Assembly (NCBI GenBank): GCA_965113315.1
Contig: OZ220364.1
Reading direction: 5' to 3' (one strand)
Origin: Podarcis vaucheri
Lineage: Eukaryota
Length of the DNA: 64,000 nucleotides
Part shown: positions 38,344 to 51,579 of the stretch, in pieces
Numbering within the stretch: position 1 is the first letter of the stretch
How the letters are laid out: every line of letters begins with the position of its first letter
The notes under the pieces: generated by a model
The model's input: only the letters and a program-made list of their open reading frames with translations
Databases searched by the model: none
Told to the model about the DNA's origin: nothing
Translations under genes and position numbers: made by a program

Positions 38344-39449
38344 CCTCAGCCCATTCCTGTTCTGCTCCTATTTGCAGATTCACAATAGGGCTGATTTAAA
38401 ACTAACAGATTCCTTCTAAATTGTTTGAATTTAAAACAGGCCTGAGTAAGGCAACCACCTGTAGCTGGCTTCCCACCCACCTACCCAACCAACCCTGTTT
38501 CCCAAGGAAACATACCCCACTTTGATGAAAGGCAGGACTCTGAGAAACTCCAGACTAGGCCCATCCTTGAAGAAACAGCACCAGCCTCTCTCCCAGCTAT
38601 CACAACTGGCAATTGCTTTGCAATCACAAATTTAACACAGGCAAACAGCATCAGCTGTGTCAAGGACTGGGAGCAAGAGTGGAAAAGTGGGTGGAGCTTT
38701 CAGACCAGCAAGGTTAAAGCTTCCCTACCTTTGCATGTTGAAAGCAGTGAGGCAGGAGATGATAAGTCTTTCTTTGAGTGTGCCTAAGTGTAATTGTGGC
38801 TGCCAAGATGGGAAATGAGGTGGCATACCAGATGCCTTTTTACCACAGGGGGAAGCTCTGCAGGAGACATGAAGCAGTCACACTCTACAGGACTTGGCTG
38901 TGGCTTCCTACAATACTGTAGAAGGAACACCTGGCAGTGGTGGACCTTGGGGTCTCAAATTTCAATGGTGCCAAAATTTGGCACGCCCCTCCCTCTCACC
39001 CTCCATTCTAAATCATAGTTGCCCCCAGTGTGACCGAACTGTTCACGCTCTCCTAAATCCACTCTGGCCAGTATGAGACAATATTGTCACAAGGCAGGCA
39101 TCTAGCAGGCACAACCTCTTCCTTGCTTGTTTTTTTGTTGCTATGGACATTGACCATTTTGCAAGACGGTTCTGTTCCTGGCTCCAAAACGCATCAGTGG
39201 GACACAAGTATGCCAATTCTGCCCCCTGTCCTGCCCTCTTCCGGGTCCGTGCATCAGCAATCCTGCATCAATTGGAATGCATGCAAAACGGTCACCACCT
39301 GTGCTATCTCCTGGAAGTTGTGACCCCTGTAAATGCAAACTATTCTTGCTTACTCTCCAGTGTGTGGATTAAGGACCCTTCCTACAGAGGCTAGATTTTG
39401 CTCCAGGAATACGCAAATGTCTAATATTGGAGACTGAGATACAGCAGTG

Positions 39450-39653
39450 GTATTAGTGACTATAGTACATTAATGATTAATTTTAAATGAATATTGTGGA
39501 ATATTGTGATTCATGGGCTCACATTTAATTTCATTCTGATTTTAATTTTAAGCTGTATTTTAATCAAATGTTTGATTGTTTTTTGATGTATCATATATTT
39601 GGTGTTAGCTGCCCTGAGCCCGGTCCTGGCCGGGGAGGGCGGGGTAGAAATAA

Positions 39654-39704
<51 letters not shown>
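39450..39704 (+). mobile_element. L2-type LINE 3' tail ending in a (TTA)n microsatellite
   Basis: GTTAGCTGCCCTGAGCCC..GGGCGGGGTAGAAATAAA followed by (TTA)n at 39654-39704. Confidence 0.7.
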
Positions 39705-41472
39705 TTAATCAATCTCTATTGGCTCATGGTTGAAATATTTCATTATGGCTCCCCCAATTGCAACCTATAGAGTTTGTGTACTTAAAATACTTAGTTATTG
39801 TAGAAAACTACGCAGTATGCCACTATCTGACAGTGTCTTGTTGTGGATAGTAGTGAGATAATTATCTTTCATTTAAAATTTGAGGACGCTCAATATTATT
39901 TAACATAAAATGGCCCAAGTAGTTGTAGCTCTTCTCCATATAATGGTACTTGGCACTATAAATCTTCAAGGCTGTTGCCAAAGATGATCTTCCTGATCTG
40001 TTAAAGAAACTTAATATACTAATTATTGGCACCTTTGCCTTAGTACTTTTACAATCTAAATGTTTTTTCCTTCTCATTAAATTCTTCTCTGAGCTTTTAA
40101 GAGTTTACGGGGCATGCTGATGAATTGTTCTGAGCAGTATTGGTGGGCTTCTGCATATGCTAAGAAAAGCCACTACCAACTAGGTCTTAATTTGGACCAG
40201 GGTGGCCTTCATACTGAAATCAATGCTAGGACTTGGTGACCCCAGACGACGTAAAGTAGGAAAATGCATTTGCGTATTTGCAGAATACCTCTCCTTCAGC
40301 ACTGATTAACTACAATAAGCCGATTTATAGCTAAGTGATTTCGAGGTAATAGCATTAGTTGACGTTCTAGGCAGGTAAGAACGCCTAGGTACTTCTCATT
40401 TTAAAAGTCAAGTACTATCTTCAACAGTTGTACTGCAGAGAAATTACTCTACAAAAGGCACCTCGCTACATGGTTACAGCACATGGCAGCAACTTATTGG
40501 AAAGACAGTCCTCCAGTGATACATCTCACATATCAGCAGACACCAGAGCTGGCCATGGGCACCAGGCCCTCAAAAACAATCACCAGACCAGCTCCAATGC
40601 AGTAGGGGCAGGTGTGGCCATTTTAAAATCCCAGTTAAAACAACAACAACTGAACTTTCTTGAATGAAAAGCTGGCAGTACTGAACAGGATTTGATTCTC
40701 TGTGGAAGGGACAGGTAGAGGGCCTCTGGAGCTGCATGGCACTGTTTAAAAGACATCCGTGTGCAACAACCAGGTGGCTAATGGATGGTTGGAAGTTGAG
40801 AGGAATGTAAAGATGCAGTAGTATTAAACTAAATAGCTAGGCTAGCACAAGAATTAGCTCAAATGCAACAGAATTTCCCCTCTCCTCCCCCTGCACCACC
40901 CGCAAATCTGCTTCAGAAGGTTGGGAGAAAACCCTGAGGAAAGATGGAGAACATTCTGTTGTGGAAGGAGAAATCTGTTGCATAAGGACAGAGCAACCTA
41001 TAGTCAGGTCGGGAGTCTGTGGCAGTACACCACTTTCCTGGATGCCAAGTCCCTCCCTTCAACATCTTGTTTTAGGTTTTGGCATCATCATATGTGCGTA
41101 AATAAGAGTGCTCATTGAGGGGCTTACAAAAGGTCTCTTTCCCAGGGCCCACAAAAACCTGGATCTGGCCTTAGGGAGAAATCACGTATCCACAGCTGTC
41201 AATGCCATGTCACACGAATTCTTCAAATAGCTTTTAACTTGGCAATAGTGTAATGCACTGTTAAAAGTACCAAAGCAATAAAATATTTGCCCTGACCAAT
41301 AGCCAACATCACAAGGAAAGGGAATTTGTGGAGTTGTAACGAGAATGGCAGTTGAGCTGCTGGGAAGAAAGAGGAAGAAGAAGTGAAAGCTGAAGAAGGA
41401 AGAAGTAACCTTTTGGGAAACTAGGACAATTCAGTGGATCAATGAATAACTTTGGATAGACAGTTGGGACAG

Positions 41473-41473
<1 letters not shown>

Positions 41474-41513
<40 letters not shown>

Positions 41514-41965
41514 GCCACCCAACCACTCTGGGTAGCTCCCAACAACCTCAAACATTAAAAACTTCCCTGTACAGGACTGCCTTCAGGTGTCTTCAAAAAT
41601 TCATATACAGTGGTACCTCGGGTTAAGAACTTAATTCGTTCTGGAGGTCTGTTCTTAACCTGAAGCACCACTTTAGCTAATGGGGCCTCCTGCTGCCACC
41701 GCGCCGCCGGAGCACGATTTCTGTTCTCATCCTGAAGCAAAGTTCTTAACCCAAGGTAATATTTCTGGGTTAGCAGAGTCTGTAACCTGAAGCGTATGTA
41801 ACCTGAAGCCTATGTAACCCGAGGTACCACTGTAGTTGTTTATCTGTTTGACATCTGATGGAAGGGCATTCCACAGGGCGGGCCCCACTGCCAAGAAGGC
41901 CCTCTGCTTAGTTCCATGTAACTGCACTTCTCGCAGTGAGGGAACCGTCAGAAGGCCCTCGGCAC
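41474..41965 (-). mobile_element. L2-type LINE 3' end with (AAT)n tail, interrupted by a MITE
   Basis: The minus strand encodes RAFLAVGPALWNALP (L2 RAFSxxAPxLWNxLP motif). Microsatellite at 41474-41513. Confidence 0.8.
41608..41832 (+). mobile_element. Tigger/pogo-like MITE nested in L2
   Basis: TIRs CAGTGGTACCTCGGGTT with TA flanks. Confidence 0.92.
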
Positions 41966-43524
41966 TGTTTTAGTTTCTTTGAATTAATAGTTGATTTCAC
42001 TGACAGCAGTGTTTTTTATTGCTGACCTACTCCTGACTCCAGCTCTTGACAGGTATCAGTGTGCACATCAGTTCCTCCTATGGCACTTACAAAAGATCTG
42101 AGTAAATATCACATCAAAACTCTACAATACATAAGAGACTGTTTGCTCTTCCTGCTCCAGGCTCACCCTCTCCTGCACCCCTTTAACCATGCACACATTT
42201 CATAGGATGCCAGGATTGGATTTCCATCCTTCCTTTTGTTCTGAACAAAGGAGAGGTGGCAAAGAGCTTTGCTCTTCAAGCGAGCACAGTGGCTGATGTG
42301 GGTTCCTTTTTTTCAACAATGGAGGATATGTCTGCACCATTCTGTGTTTCTGTCTCTTTTTTATGTGGCAACCATTTTGAGTTTTGCCATGCCCCCATGG
42401 CAGCCATTTTCTGTTATGCCACAACCTTGCAGTAGCCATCTTGTCACTGGTTCCCATGGCACTTCCTCAAAATTTCAAATTGCCCACTGCCCTCCAAACA
42501 GGAGGCAGACTCTTAGTAGGGAGAAATTTTGTAAATAACTGTTCCAGTAAGATCCCAGTAACATCTTTTGTGTAGTATACCCACACTCTGGTTGTGGCAC
42601 ATTATGATCTGGATCATATTGATTGATTGATTGATTGATTGAGGTGCATGGATTAGGTGTATGTTCAGTCTTTTTATCTGTTTCAGCTGCAGGAGTCCAC
42701 GTTACAAAACTACAATAGCTGCTTCAATGCTCTCTACAGCCTGATTCATTCAACAATTGTCCCAACATCTGCTTTTCCATTTTTCTCCTGGAACTGATTG
42801 CAAACACTGTAGATGGTTAAGATCTGTGCCTTAATTACAAGCACATGGAAGGCCGGCTGCGCCTGAGAGGATGGTGGTGAGAGCTGTCTCAGGAAATGCA
42901 AGCAAGCTGTGACGCGTGTACATGTCACATTCACTTTCCTGATGTGTTGCTGATTGGGGCTCTCGGTCCAAAACAAACACTACCTAGTATACAGAATTTG
43001 GAGCCCGTTTCCTCTGCTTGCAAGTGTCAGGGTCTGGAAGGAGGTTCCACAGCGAAAACAGCAATGCTGTTCTGAATGGTGGCAGCAGCAATGAGAAAAG
43101 CCGATTGTTCCTGGTCCCCCAACTTACAGGTTTTGAGAAATTTGTTGTCAGAAGGGGACTTCTGTCTTGAGTGGACCTACCTCTTCCTCCTCCTTGCTAC
43201 TGTTGGTGCTGTCCATTCACTTGTCTCTCCCTCTGGGCCCAGATAGGACTATCCCCCAGAGGGAGGGAGGAAAGGAGGGAGGGATGGAGAAGGGCAAGGC
43301 ATATAGGGAGGTACTGCTTCTTAATGCTCCTCATACCGCTTGCTCAGACAGAGAGGACAGGGGAACAGGCAGAAGAAACAAAGAAGTGGAGCAGCAGGAC
43401 CAGGAGGCTCTGAGGAGTGTCTTAGTGTCCTTCCTGGGCTGCAGGCCTTGACAGATACTCAGTAAAGGCAACTCCTGATGCTTTCCCTGTCTGCTTCCAG
43501 TTTATTTTATGCTTTGGAACCATA

Positions 43525-43663
43525 CATAGAATCAGAACTGTAGAGTTGGAAGTGGCCACAAGGGTCGTCTAGTCCAACCCCCTGCAATGCAGGAGTCTTT
43601 CACCCAATGTGAGCCCAAACCCACAACCCTGGGATTAAGAGTCACAGCTTCTACTGACTGAGC
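43525..43663 (-). mobile_element. tRNA-derived SINE with CR1-like tail (Squam2-like)
   Basis: Reverse-complement tRNA head (GCTCAGTCAGTAGA..), and tail GGGTTGGACTAGA..TTCCAACTCTAC..ATTCTATG. Confidence 0.7.
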
Positions 43664-43789
43664 CATGCACCTTGTTAGAAATGATTGGTAGACAAGAAAT
43701 AATATGCAACCCGGTCCTAGCTATACATGAAAAGAGAAACTGTCGTGTCATGACATTTTCCCTAGGTGAAAGCGGCTAGTGACCCAGTA

Positions 43790-43798
43790 CACACACAT

Positions 43799-43841
<43 letters not shown>
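43790..43841. repeat. (CA)n microsatellite
   Basis: Direct. Confidence 0.95.
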
Positions 43842-43843
<2 letters not shown>

Positions 43844-43955
43844 ATATTGCCCTGTAGCAGGTAGCATAGCTCATTGGCTTGCATCTTTTGAGGATTTGTT
43901 TTCTTTCTTTCTGCAAGCATTTGGTGTGGTGAACCTTGATCCCACTTTTCACATA

Positions 43956-44196
43956 CAGTGGTACCTCTAGTTATGAACTTAATTCGTTCTGGAGGTCCAT
44001 TCTTAACCTGAAACTGTTCTTAACTAGAGGCGTGCTTTCGCTAATGGGGCCTCTTGCTGCCGCTGTGCTGCCGGCACATGATTTCCGTTCTCACCCTGGG
44101 GCAAAGTTCTCAACTTGAGGTAACTCTTCCAGGTTAGCGGAGTTCGTAACCTGAAGTGTTTGTAACCTGAGGTGTTTGTAACTTGAGGTACCACTG
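43956..44196 (+). mobile_element. Tigger/pogo-like MITE
   Basis: TIRs CAGTGGTACCTC / GAGGTACCACTG with TA flanks. Confidence 0.9.
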
Positions 44197-45204
44197 TACT
44201 GTGATCTAAATTATTGGGTTAATCATTAGAATAGCTTGTGGCAGGGGTCGGACTTGTAAACCTGTAGATCTCCCCCCCCCCCCATCCAATTCTATGATCT
44301 GGCAATCAAACTGTGCTCACACTGGTGAAATGGATGAGGAGAACATATTTAAACTAAGTCACATATGTAGGAGTCAGGATTGCAGTTTTCCCCTCCTCTG
44401 GAAACATAAAGTAACACGAGTAAAACTTGGAGATGAGTTTCCTGAGAGGTTTGATACCACTGGTACTGAGGGGCTAGCAGACTTGATGATTCTGGAAAGG
44501 TGTGAGTCTCTAGCAAGCCTCCATAAAGACTTGTAGCTTACAATATTTTCAGTGGTTTAGGGTAACAAGAAAGGGCCAGAATCCACATTGCAGGAGGAAA
44601 CAGATACGCCACTGCCTCCTCACACAATCCTTTGCTCCCCTTCCCAGAGGGTCTCTATTTTCCATCTCCTACAAAGGCTAACCCTCTTGTTTCCATTATG
44701 GCTAGAAGAGAACCTGTCAGACATGATGGCCATCTATGCTCTTGCAAAGTGTCTTGTTGCAGACACCGAACATCACCTCTCAGCACTACCTTGCTTACGC
44801 TTGGCTTTGGAGCAGAGTCTGCATCTGAGGAGCCGACATCCTCTGAGAATGTTTCCAAGCCCTCGTTTCTCACTCCAGTCTAAATTACCCTGTAGTTAGA
44901 CACTGATCTGGCTCAGATAAAATAATTGTAAGATTGCTTTGAAGCTCTTGTTCCCAATGAACGTTTTGATCCTTGTTGGCTGCCTCATGCTTGGCTATTT
45001 GGGATAGTGTCTGGAAAAGAAGCAAAACACTTATGCATTCCAAATGCTGGTGGATTTTTAGCTTATTTACGAGGATCTGGAATCGTCCTGGCTGAGGCAG
45101 TTCACTGCAAGGAGACACTGACTCTAGTTTCTATTACCCAGTGCCTACTTTTGAGACAAAGGATGTGTACAGCAAAGCCCAAGCTGCCATCCTATCTTCA
45201 CACA

Positions 45205-45390
45205 GAAAGTCAGTGTGGTGGAGTGGTAAGATTGTTGAATTTGGATGTGGGAATCCCAGGTTGAAATCCTGGCTTAGCTATGGAGTTTACTGGGTGACTT
45301 TGGGGGCTGTTCCTGGGTGACAGGGTTGCAGATGATAAAATGGGAGAATCTCATGCCTGTACCCCAAGTTCCCTCCTTGGAAACAAGTGG
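45205..45390 (+). mobile_element. Old Squam3-like tRNA SINE
   Basis: A box TGGTGGAGTGG, B box GGTTGAAATCC and a TGGGTGACTTTGGG core. Confidence 0.6.
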
Positions 45391-46147
45391 AACATGCAGG
45401 TGTGATACATAACATATAATTCAATACTCAGAAAGCTGTTCTCGAGCATTTGCTCTCTTTTATTCACTGAGCCCACTGTTAAAGTCTGCCATGCCACTTT
45501 CAAGAGTAAGGTAGAAGGCAGTAGACAGACAGCAGGGGGGGGGGAAATGTGCTCGTTCCCATTTGTGGGTGCCTCTGTCTGCAACCTCATTTTTATTTTT
45601 ATTTTGTTATACATTTTAAGGCATCCTATTACTCAGCAGAAATTACGACCAATGAACAATAAATATGGGCCAACTGTACCGGAGAATTTATGTAGCTTCA
45701 AAGACTCGGGAATACATTTATAAACTGCAAAATTGGAAATATCCTCCCCAACCCCAATAATCAATATCAGATTAAGTGACAAATAGAAGTGGGAGGGCTG
45801 GATTCGCAGGTTTTGGGGTGTGAGGTGAGGAATGATGGATAATATGATACATAAATGATAAAGGGCCTTCCAGAATCAATATCCTTATTGGTATCTTAAT
45901 GTTTTATAGAAAACTAGCAATAAATGTATAAAATCAGATATATTTATTGCTACCTTTCTATAAAACGTTAGGATACAAATCCTCCCTCCCAAAAATCAGC
46001 CAACTACAATAGTCTTATTTCAACACTGAATCCTACAATTTTCCTATTGTGCATTGAGTCTTGTGGGAAATAAAACATTACTATTAAAATTTGTAATAAT
46101 TATTTTCTGCATATAGGAGCAGCTTCCACCAATATATCCATGTAATC

Positions 46148-46358
46148 CAGGGTGGGCAACCTCTTTCAGCCTAGAGGCCACATTCTAATTCTAGGCAACT
46201 TTCCAGGGGCCAAATGCCAGTGGTAGCTGGGGTCACTCAGGGAGGGTGCAATGCAATGGCCTGGGGAGAAGGGTGCTGGCTGAGGGGAGTCCTGAGGGCC
46301 AGATAAAGAGGCACAGAGGGATGCATTCAGTCTCTGGGACTGAGGTTTCCCATTCCAG
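46148..46358. mobile_element. Old hAT MITE
   Basis: CAGGGTGGGCAACCT..AGGTTTCCCATTCC degenerate TIRs. Confidence 0.55.
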
Positions 46359-46436
46359 AAGCAATTGCTCATTTCCTCTTAGCATTACAATGCTGTGCTA
46401 TAAAGCAACACATTGGAGAACTTCTATTGTTTAGTC

Positions 46437-46687
46437 CAGGGGTCAGCAAACTTTTTCAGCAGGGGGCCGGTCCACTGTCCCTCAGACCTTGTGGGAGGCC
46501 CTGACTATATTTTGGGGAGAAAAATGAACAAATCCCTATGCCCCACAAATAACCCAGAGATGCATTTTAAATAAAAGGACACATTCTACTCATGTAAAAA
46601 CACACTGATTCCCGGACCGTCAGCAGGCTGGATTTAGAAGGCGATTGGGCCGCATCCGGCCTCTGGGCCTTAGGCTACCTACCCATG
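46437..46687 (+). mobile_element. hAT Charlie-like MITE, ~250 bp family
   Basis: Perfect TSD GTTTAGTC. Confidence 0.92.
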
Positions 46688-49600
46688 GTTTAGTCTTAAA
46701 CCACTTCCCTTTAACTGATGCACACTGTTGAACAACTCTGAGGAAGGAACATATGTTTCCATTTCTTTCCCCAGAGTTGTTTGCTCTTATTCTTGTACAA
46801 TGGCCATAATGACCAAATAATGCATATATATTTCAGCAGCCACCCTGGTTCAAATGATCTTTGATGAGTACTCTTACACACTGCCCTTTGCTGTCCCTTA
46901 AACAAGGGCACTGTGAGTGTTAACATGGCTTATGCCATATTTGTATATAGGTGGCTAAAAGCATTGGAAGCTGCCTTATACCAGGTCAGACCACTCATCT
47001 ATCTAGCTTATTATTGCCTACCCTGACTGTCAGCATATCTCTTCTGAAGGAGTCTTTCCTTGTTCTACTTAACAGGGGACTTTTGCAAACAAGGCTTGTG
47101 CTTTACTACTCAGCTACGGCTCTTTACCCAACATATTTTAGTGCTGGTTTAGTTTTTACAATAGGTCTGCCCGTATTGGTTTGTGTGTTGTGTCTTCCAG
47201 ATGTGTGGGTACAGGTCGTATGCCCATCACCTTCAGAGATCAAAGTGTTTTACTGTTTTTAATTTCTCATTATAATATCAGTCTTGCACTATTGGAAATG
47301 TTCCAAAAGAGCTGCAGAATCAGGTCAGCAAATACTTTCCAGTTATTAATACCTCTACCAGGCAAAATGATTTCTGTGCACAGGATGGGGGGGATTGCTA
47401 TCTGCAATGTATGCATGTTTACTATTCTCTTTTTTTACAAGCACCTCCAATAACAACGCACAGACCGGCATTGTGTAAATGACAAGAACAGGAGGCTGGC
47501 AGCCTTTACAGAAAGATCATTCCTTGCCACAGGGTCGGGCAGCATTAATTAAGGGGCTGCATTTATAGGGTTAATAAGTCAATCCTGTAGATTTCTGGGG
47601 ACAGAGTTTAAACTACTACAGCCATATCTCCAGCTCTTTAAAAGAAAGTGAGGCCACTAATTGTTTTACACTTTTAAATTCAACAAACAGTGTGCACTTG
47701 GGGAAGCGGCAGTGTCCAGCGGAAAGTGTCAAGAGGTTTATTTTTGTTGAGACCTGTGAAAGGGTCTGAGCTTGAAGCTTTCAGATACTGCTTCCCCGCC
47801 TGGAGCTACAGCATGTAAACAGTTTATTTAACATGATTTTTTGGCATGTCTTCAATAAACCCCTATAATAATTCCCCTGGCAGACCAAACATATTGCAGA
47901 TTAACAGACATGGCTACAGTAAAACACCCAAGTGGCCCCTCCCCTGCTTTCCTGTTTGTGCACAATGTAAGACCCAGTACTTAGCTATGTTTATGCCTCT
48001 GTCCCTAGCCATTTCTGTGGGGTACGGAGCAGCTCCTATCGAAAAGTTGCTTTAGACTAAATCCAAAAGAGGGAAAACATCTCCCACCCTTGACCTTAGT
48101 GCCCTCTAAACAAGGTTCCTAATACACTTAAATCTAGTTTATAAAATGTGTTAGGTGTTGACTTTTGTTTATCTGGGAGTTTACAGGCTTGAGGAAAATC
48201 TGAATTAATGCTAAAGTCACCTATGGCTTACATTTCGTTTCAATGCACCCAAGTGCATTAAAAGTTTATCGTCTCCATGAAACTAAAAATTGTGCCTATA
48301 GAAAGTGATTTAATCTCCTTAGGGCTGAAACCGCACGAACTGAACACTGTTGCCTTCTGAAGCACAAATTACCGAAAGCCCAACAGCCACAGATAGGGGG
48401 TCAGCAAGAAGCATAGGGGGCCTGTGTCACCTGCATTGCTAGCATAGTTTGGCCAGTGCACTTCACTATGTAAGGGGCTGGCAGCCGGCCATATCACAGC
48501 ACAACGGAGAGACTGCCAGACCCAGGAGTCCGTCATCAGCTGCTCAGTGTCATGGCTTCAACACTTTCCTCCAGAGGCCATGAATTGTGCGATATTTGAA
48601 CAAACAAATGTCATGTGCAAGGGTGCTGGTCAAACATCTACTGGCAACAAAATACAGAGCAGGCCTAAACCTTGGCTTTGTCTTTCCTCATCTGGGAATA
48701 CTCAATTTTCTTAAAGAAACAGAACCTCATGTTGGCCATGAGCTTAAATTGCAGATTAATCTGAGCCAACGCTCACTAAGGATTAATCCCGGAACCTGTT
48801 TTGAATGCAGAGGTCAATTTTGGAAAATATTGTTATTCACAGTCTGTACCTGATCATCTGGAGAGTGCATTTCCTTCATCACTGAGTAACTTTATGGATC
48901 TCAGGTATTTGAGATTAGGGACAATGTTTTTCAGGGTAGAGAGGAAGTTGGTGAGCTAGCTTCTACCACTCCTATGCAGAAGGGAAAGGGAAAGGTAGCA
49001 ACAAGACACGGTGACAGCCATGATGAGAGATAAAACATATGGGATCCTTGATTCTAGACTGGAAACCCTACATTCCAACATAATCAATTTTCTGCATTCC
49101 AGACTGGGTGTAACAGTGCCAGAAGGACATGGGCAAATCCAGAGGGAATTCAAAGAGTACCCAAGGGGCTACTTGATGAGGTCAAACTCTTAAAGCTAAA
49201 TATTTACAGCATCTGAAAGTGACAGCTAAGAAGGGACACGATAACTGTTGGCAAATAGTTGAAGACTTTAGTGAGCTCAGGAAAAGAGACAAATTACTCA
49301 GTGACACACATTTGGGAGAATAGCAGGCAGTGATTAAGCAGAAACTAAGGGCAAAGAAGATTTAGGCAAAAATTAACTGGTAGCAAAATGCCCTAGATTT
49401 AAAGATGGATATCTTGTAAGGAGAAAGGGGTGATACTTCATTGTTAGGCTAATTAAAAGCCAGAACATATTATATATGTCTACCACAGGCATCAAACAGC
49501 TACACTAATATGTTCAAAATCTTAGTGAATAATGATTATTGGACTTGAAAAGGTGCCTTTATTTTCTAAAACACACAAATCTCTTTATCAAAAACAACAC

Positions 49601-49836
49601 TGTTTATTGGGAAATTCCAAATCAAAAGCCTTGGTGCTTGGCAAATCTTATTAATTATTTGTACTCAAAAGTACATGCACTAGGTCTCTTCCAACTTTAC
49701 AATACTATGATGCTATGAACTCATAGTAGTATCTTTATTCTGTAGTCACAATATACAGTACAGCCTAATTAGAGTTGCATATGTAAGAGGAAAGAGAAAA
49801 TGTAAATCTTTTTGTGTACCCTTGTTGAAAGAGTTA

Positions 49837-50045
49837 GTCCGCATTCCTAAACACAGTGGGTGCTATTCAGCTAGTTTACTCAGAGTAGGCCCACTGAAAT
49901 TAACGAATGTCATTAAAATAGGTCCATTAAATTCAGTAGGTTTACTCTGAGTAAAACTTAGTTGAATGGCACCGATTTACTTGAGGATAAACTCCATTAA
50001 ACTCAATGGAACTCACTTCTGAATAACATGCATAGGATCGGGCCA
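49837..50045. mobile_element. Harbinger-like palindromic MITE (TTA flanks) with a second hairpin MITE nested at ~49856-49974
   Basis: Inner inverted arms GGTGCTATTCA..TTTACTCAGAGTA / TACTCTGAGTAAA..TGAATGGCACC. The outer halves match the 50341 family. Confidence 0.6.
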
Positions 50046-50284
50046 TTAGCTGACTTACTTATCTCTCATAAAACTTATCCTAACTGGAAGAGAAGCTGAA
50101 CTCTTGCAAGGAGCTGTGATTTGGTCCAATTTAGTGGTTTAATTCTTTCAATGTTTGTCTAGCTTGTCAGTGAAGACAAATTCCAGATGGGAGTAGCCTG
50201 TTATAGCAAACATTGGGGGGGGGGAGTTTTCTGGCACCTTAAAGACTAACAGATTTATTGTGGCATTGGCTTTTGTAGACTAGA

Positions 50285-50325
50285 ATATCGGATGAAGCGG
50301 TTTCTAGACCATGAAAGCTTATGCT
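50285..50325 (+). ncRNA. Decayed minimal hammerhead ribozyme motif (PLE type)
   Basis: CGGATGA (consensus CUGANGA) - stem II GCGGT/ACCAT - GAAA - GC-TTA - TGC. Confidence 0.5.
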
Positions 50326-50340
50326 ACAATAAATCCGTTA

Positions 50341-50429
50341 GGCTGCAATCCTAACTCCACTTATCTGGGACTAAGCCCCACTGAATTTAATAAGGCTTAC
50401 TTCTGAACAGGAATGGTTAAGTTGCACTT
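50341..50429. mobile_element. Harbinger-like short MITE nested in the Penelope remnant
   Basis: GGCTGCAATCC..GTTGCAC termini. TTA TSD at 50338 and 50430; removal restores the host palindrome. Confidence 0.75.
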
Positions 50430-50471
50430 TTAGTCTTTAAGGTACCAGAAGACTCTTTTTCTTTTTTTCAT

Positions 50472-50707
50472 GAAGAGAAGAGTTTGGATTTGATATCCCG
50501 CTTTATCACTACCCTAGAGAGTCTCAAAGCTCCTTTCCCTTCCTTCCCCACAACAAACACTCTGTGAGGTGAGTGAGGCTGAGAGACTTCAGAGAAGTGT
50601 GACTAGCCCAAGGTCCCCCAGCAGCTGCATGTGGATGAGCAGGGAATCGATCCCGGTTCACCAGATTACGAATCCACCGCTCTTAACCACTACACCACGC
50701 TGGCTCT
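50472..50707 (-). mobile_element. Squam3-type tRNA SINE
   Basis: Reverse-complement head AGCCAGCGTGGTGTAGTGGTTAAGAGC with B-box-like GATCGATTCC, and tail ATATCAAATCCAAACTCTTC (CTT-type). Confidence 0.85.
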
Positions 50708-51339
50708 TTCTCTCTCTTTCTTCATGGTTCACAGATAGCAGTTATAAAAGATTTTAAAATGACAAGAAAGACTGGTCGCAATGGATGACATCTGACTACT
50801 AGAGAATTAGGTTGTTTGTGTTGGCTGCCTCAAACACACCCTTGAAGTGAGTTTCAATCTATGACCTCGTCTGTTAGCTTCCTTTCCCATTCCACATACT
50901 CCTTGCCCTTGACAACAGACCTGTTCTACCTTGGCTTGTTTCCAAGGGCAAGTGCTGTCTAATTTACCCTATACCAGCTCCCCCACCGATCATACCATGC
51001 TTCATTGCCAGACCTCACAGTGGTCCACTTTTAAGTCTTGAGTCCCCTTTGTTCCAGCCAGCATCCTCCTACCTACACCAATGTAACAGACCATCTCCTT
51101 CCAGCCTTCCAGCAAGCATTTCATCCTTCTCCATCAGCTTGAACCATCACATTCCATCAACTCCCCTCAAAAAAAATCCATTACGCTAGAAAGCCTTTCC
51201 TTGCTGGCTAGAAATTGAAAAGAGCCTTATGATGGTGTTCACCTTCAGACTGGTATTTGGAGGTATGTAGGTAGCAGAACAAGTAAGACAAAATGAGTTT
51301 CGGTACTGGAAGGATCTCCATTGCCTGACAACTCTTGGA

Positions 51340-51579
51340 GGCAGTACACTTGGGTGGCTTTAAAGGAAACCTAGACAAATTCATGGAGGACAAGGCTATC
51401 AAGGCTACTAGCCATGAAGGCTAGTATGCTTGTGAATGTCAGTTGCTGGCAATCACAGGTGGAAGAATGCTGTTGCACCCAGCTCCTGCTTGTAGGCTTC
51501 TGATAGGCATCTGATTGCCACTGTGAGAACAGGATGCAGGACAAGGTAGCCCTATGGCCTGGTCTTGCGTTCTTATGTT
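51340..51579 (+). mobile_element. CR1-type LINE 3' end
   Basis: GGCTTTAAA..TAGACAAATTCATGGAGG..GTGAGAACAGGATGC..TTCTTATGTT. Confidence 0.75.

Larger units (their letters stand above)
50175..50455. mobile_element. Penelope-like element inverted terminal remnant
   Basis: Palindrome GGCACCTTAAAGACTAACAGATTTATTGTGGCAT / ATGCTACAATAAATCCGTTAGTCTTTAAGGTACC around a ..GATGAAG..GAAAGCTTATGC core, typical of reptile Penelope pseudo-LTR ends. Confidence 0.7.

Noticed and set aside
44799-44889. Possible 91-nt minus-strand exon (TACAG|..|GTAAGC)
   Set aside because: No polypyrimidine tract, the branch-like CTAAC is too close to the AG, and the peptide is unrecognisable.
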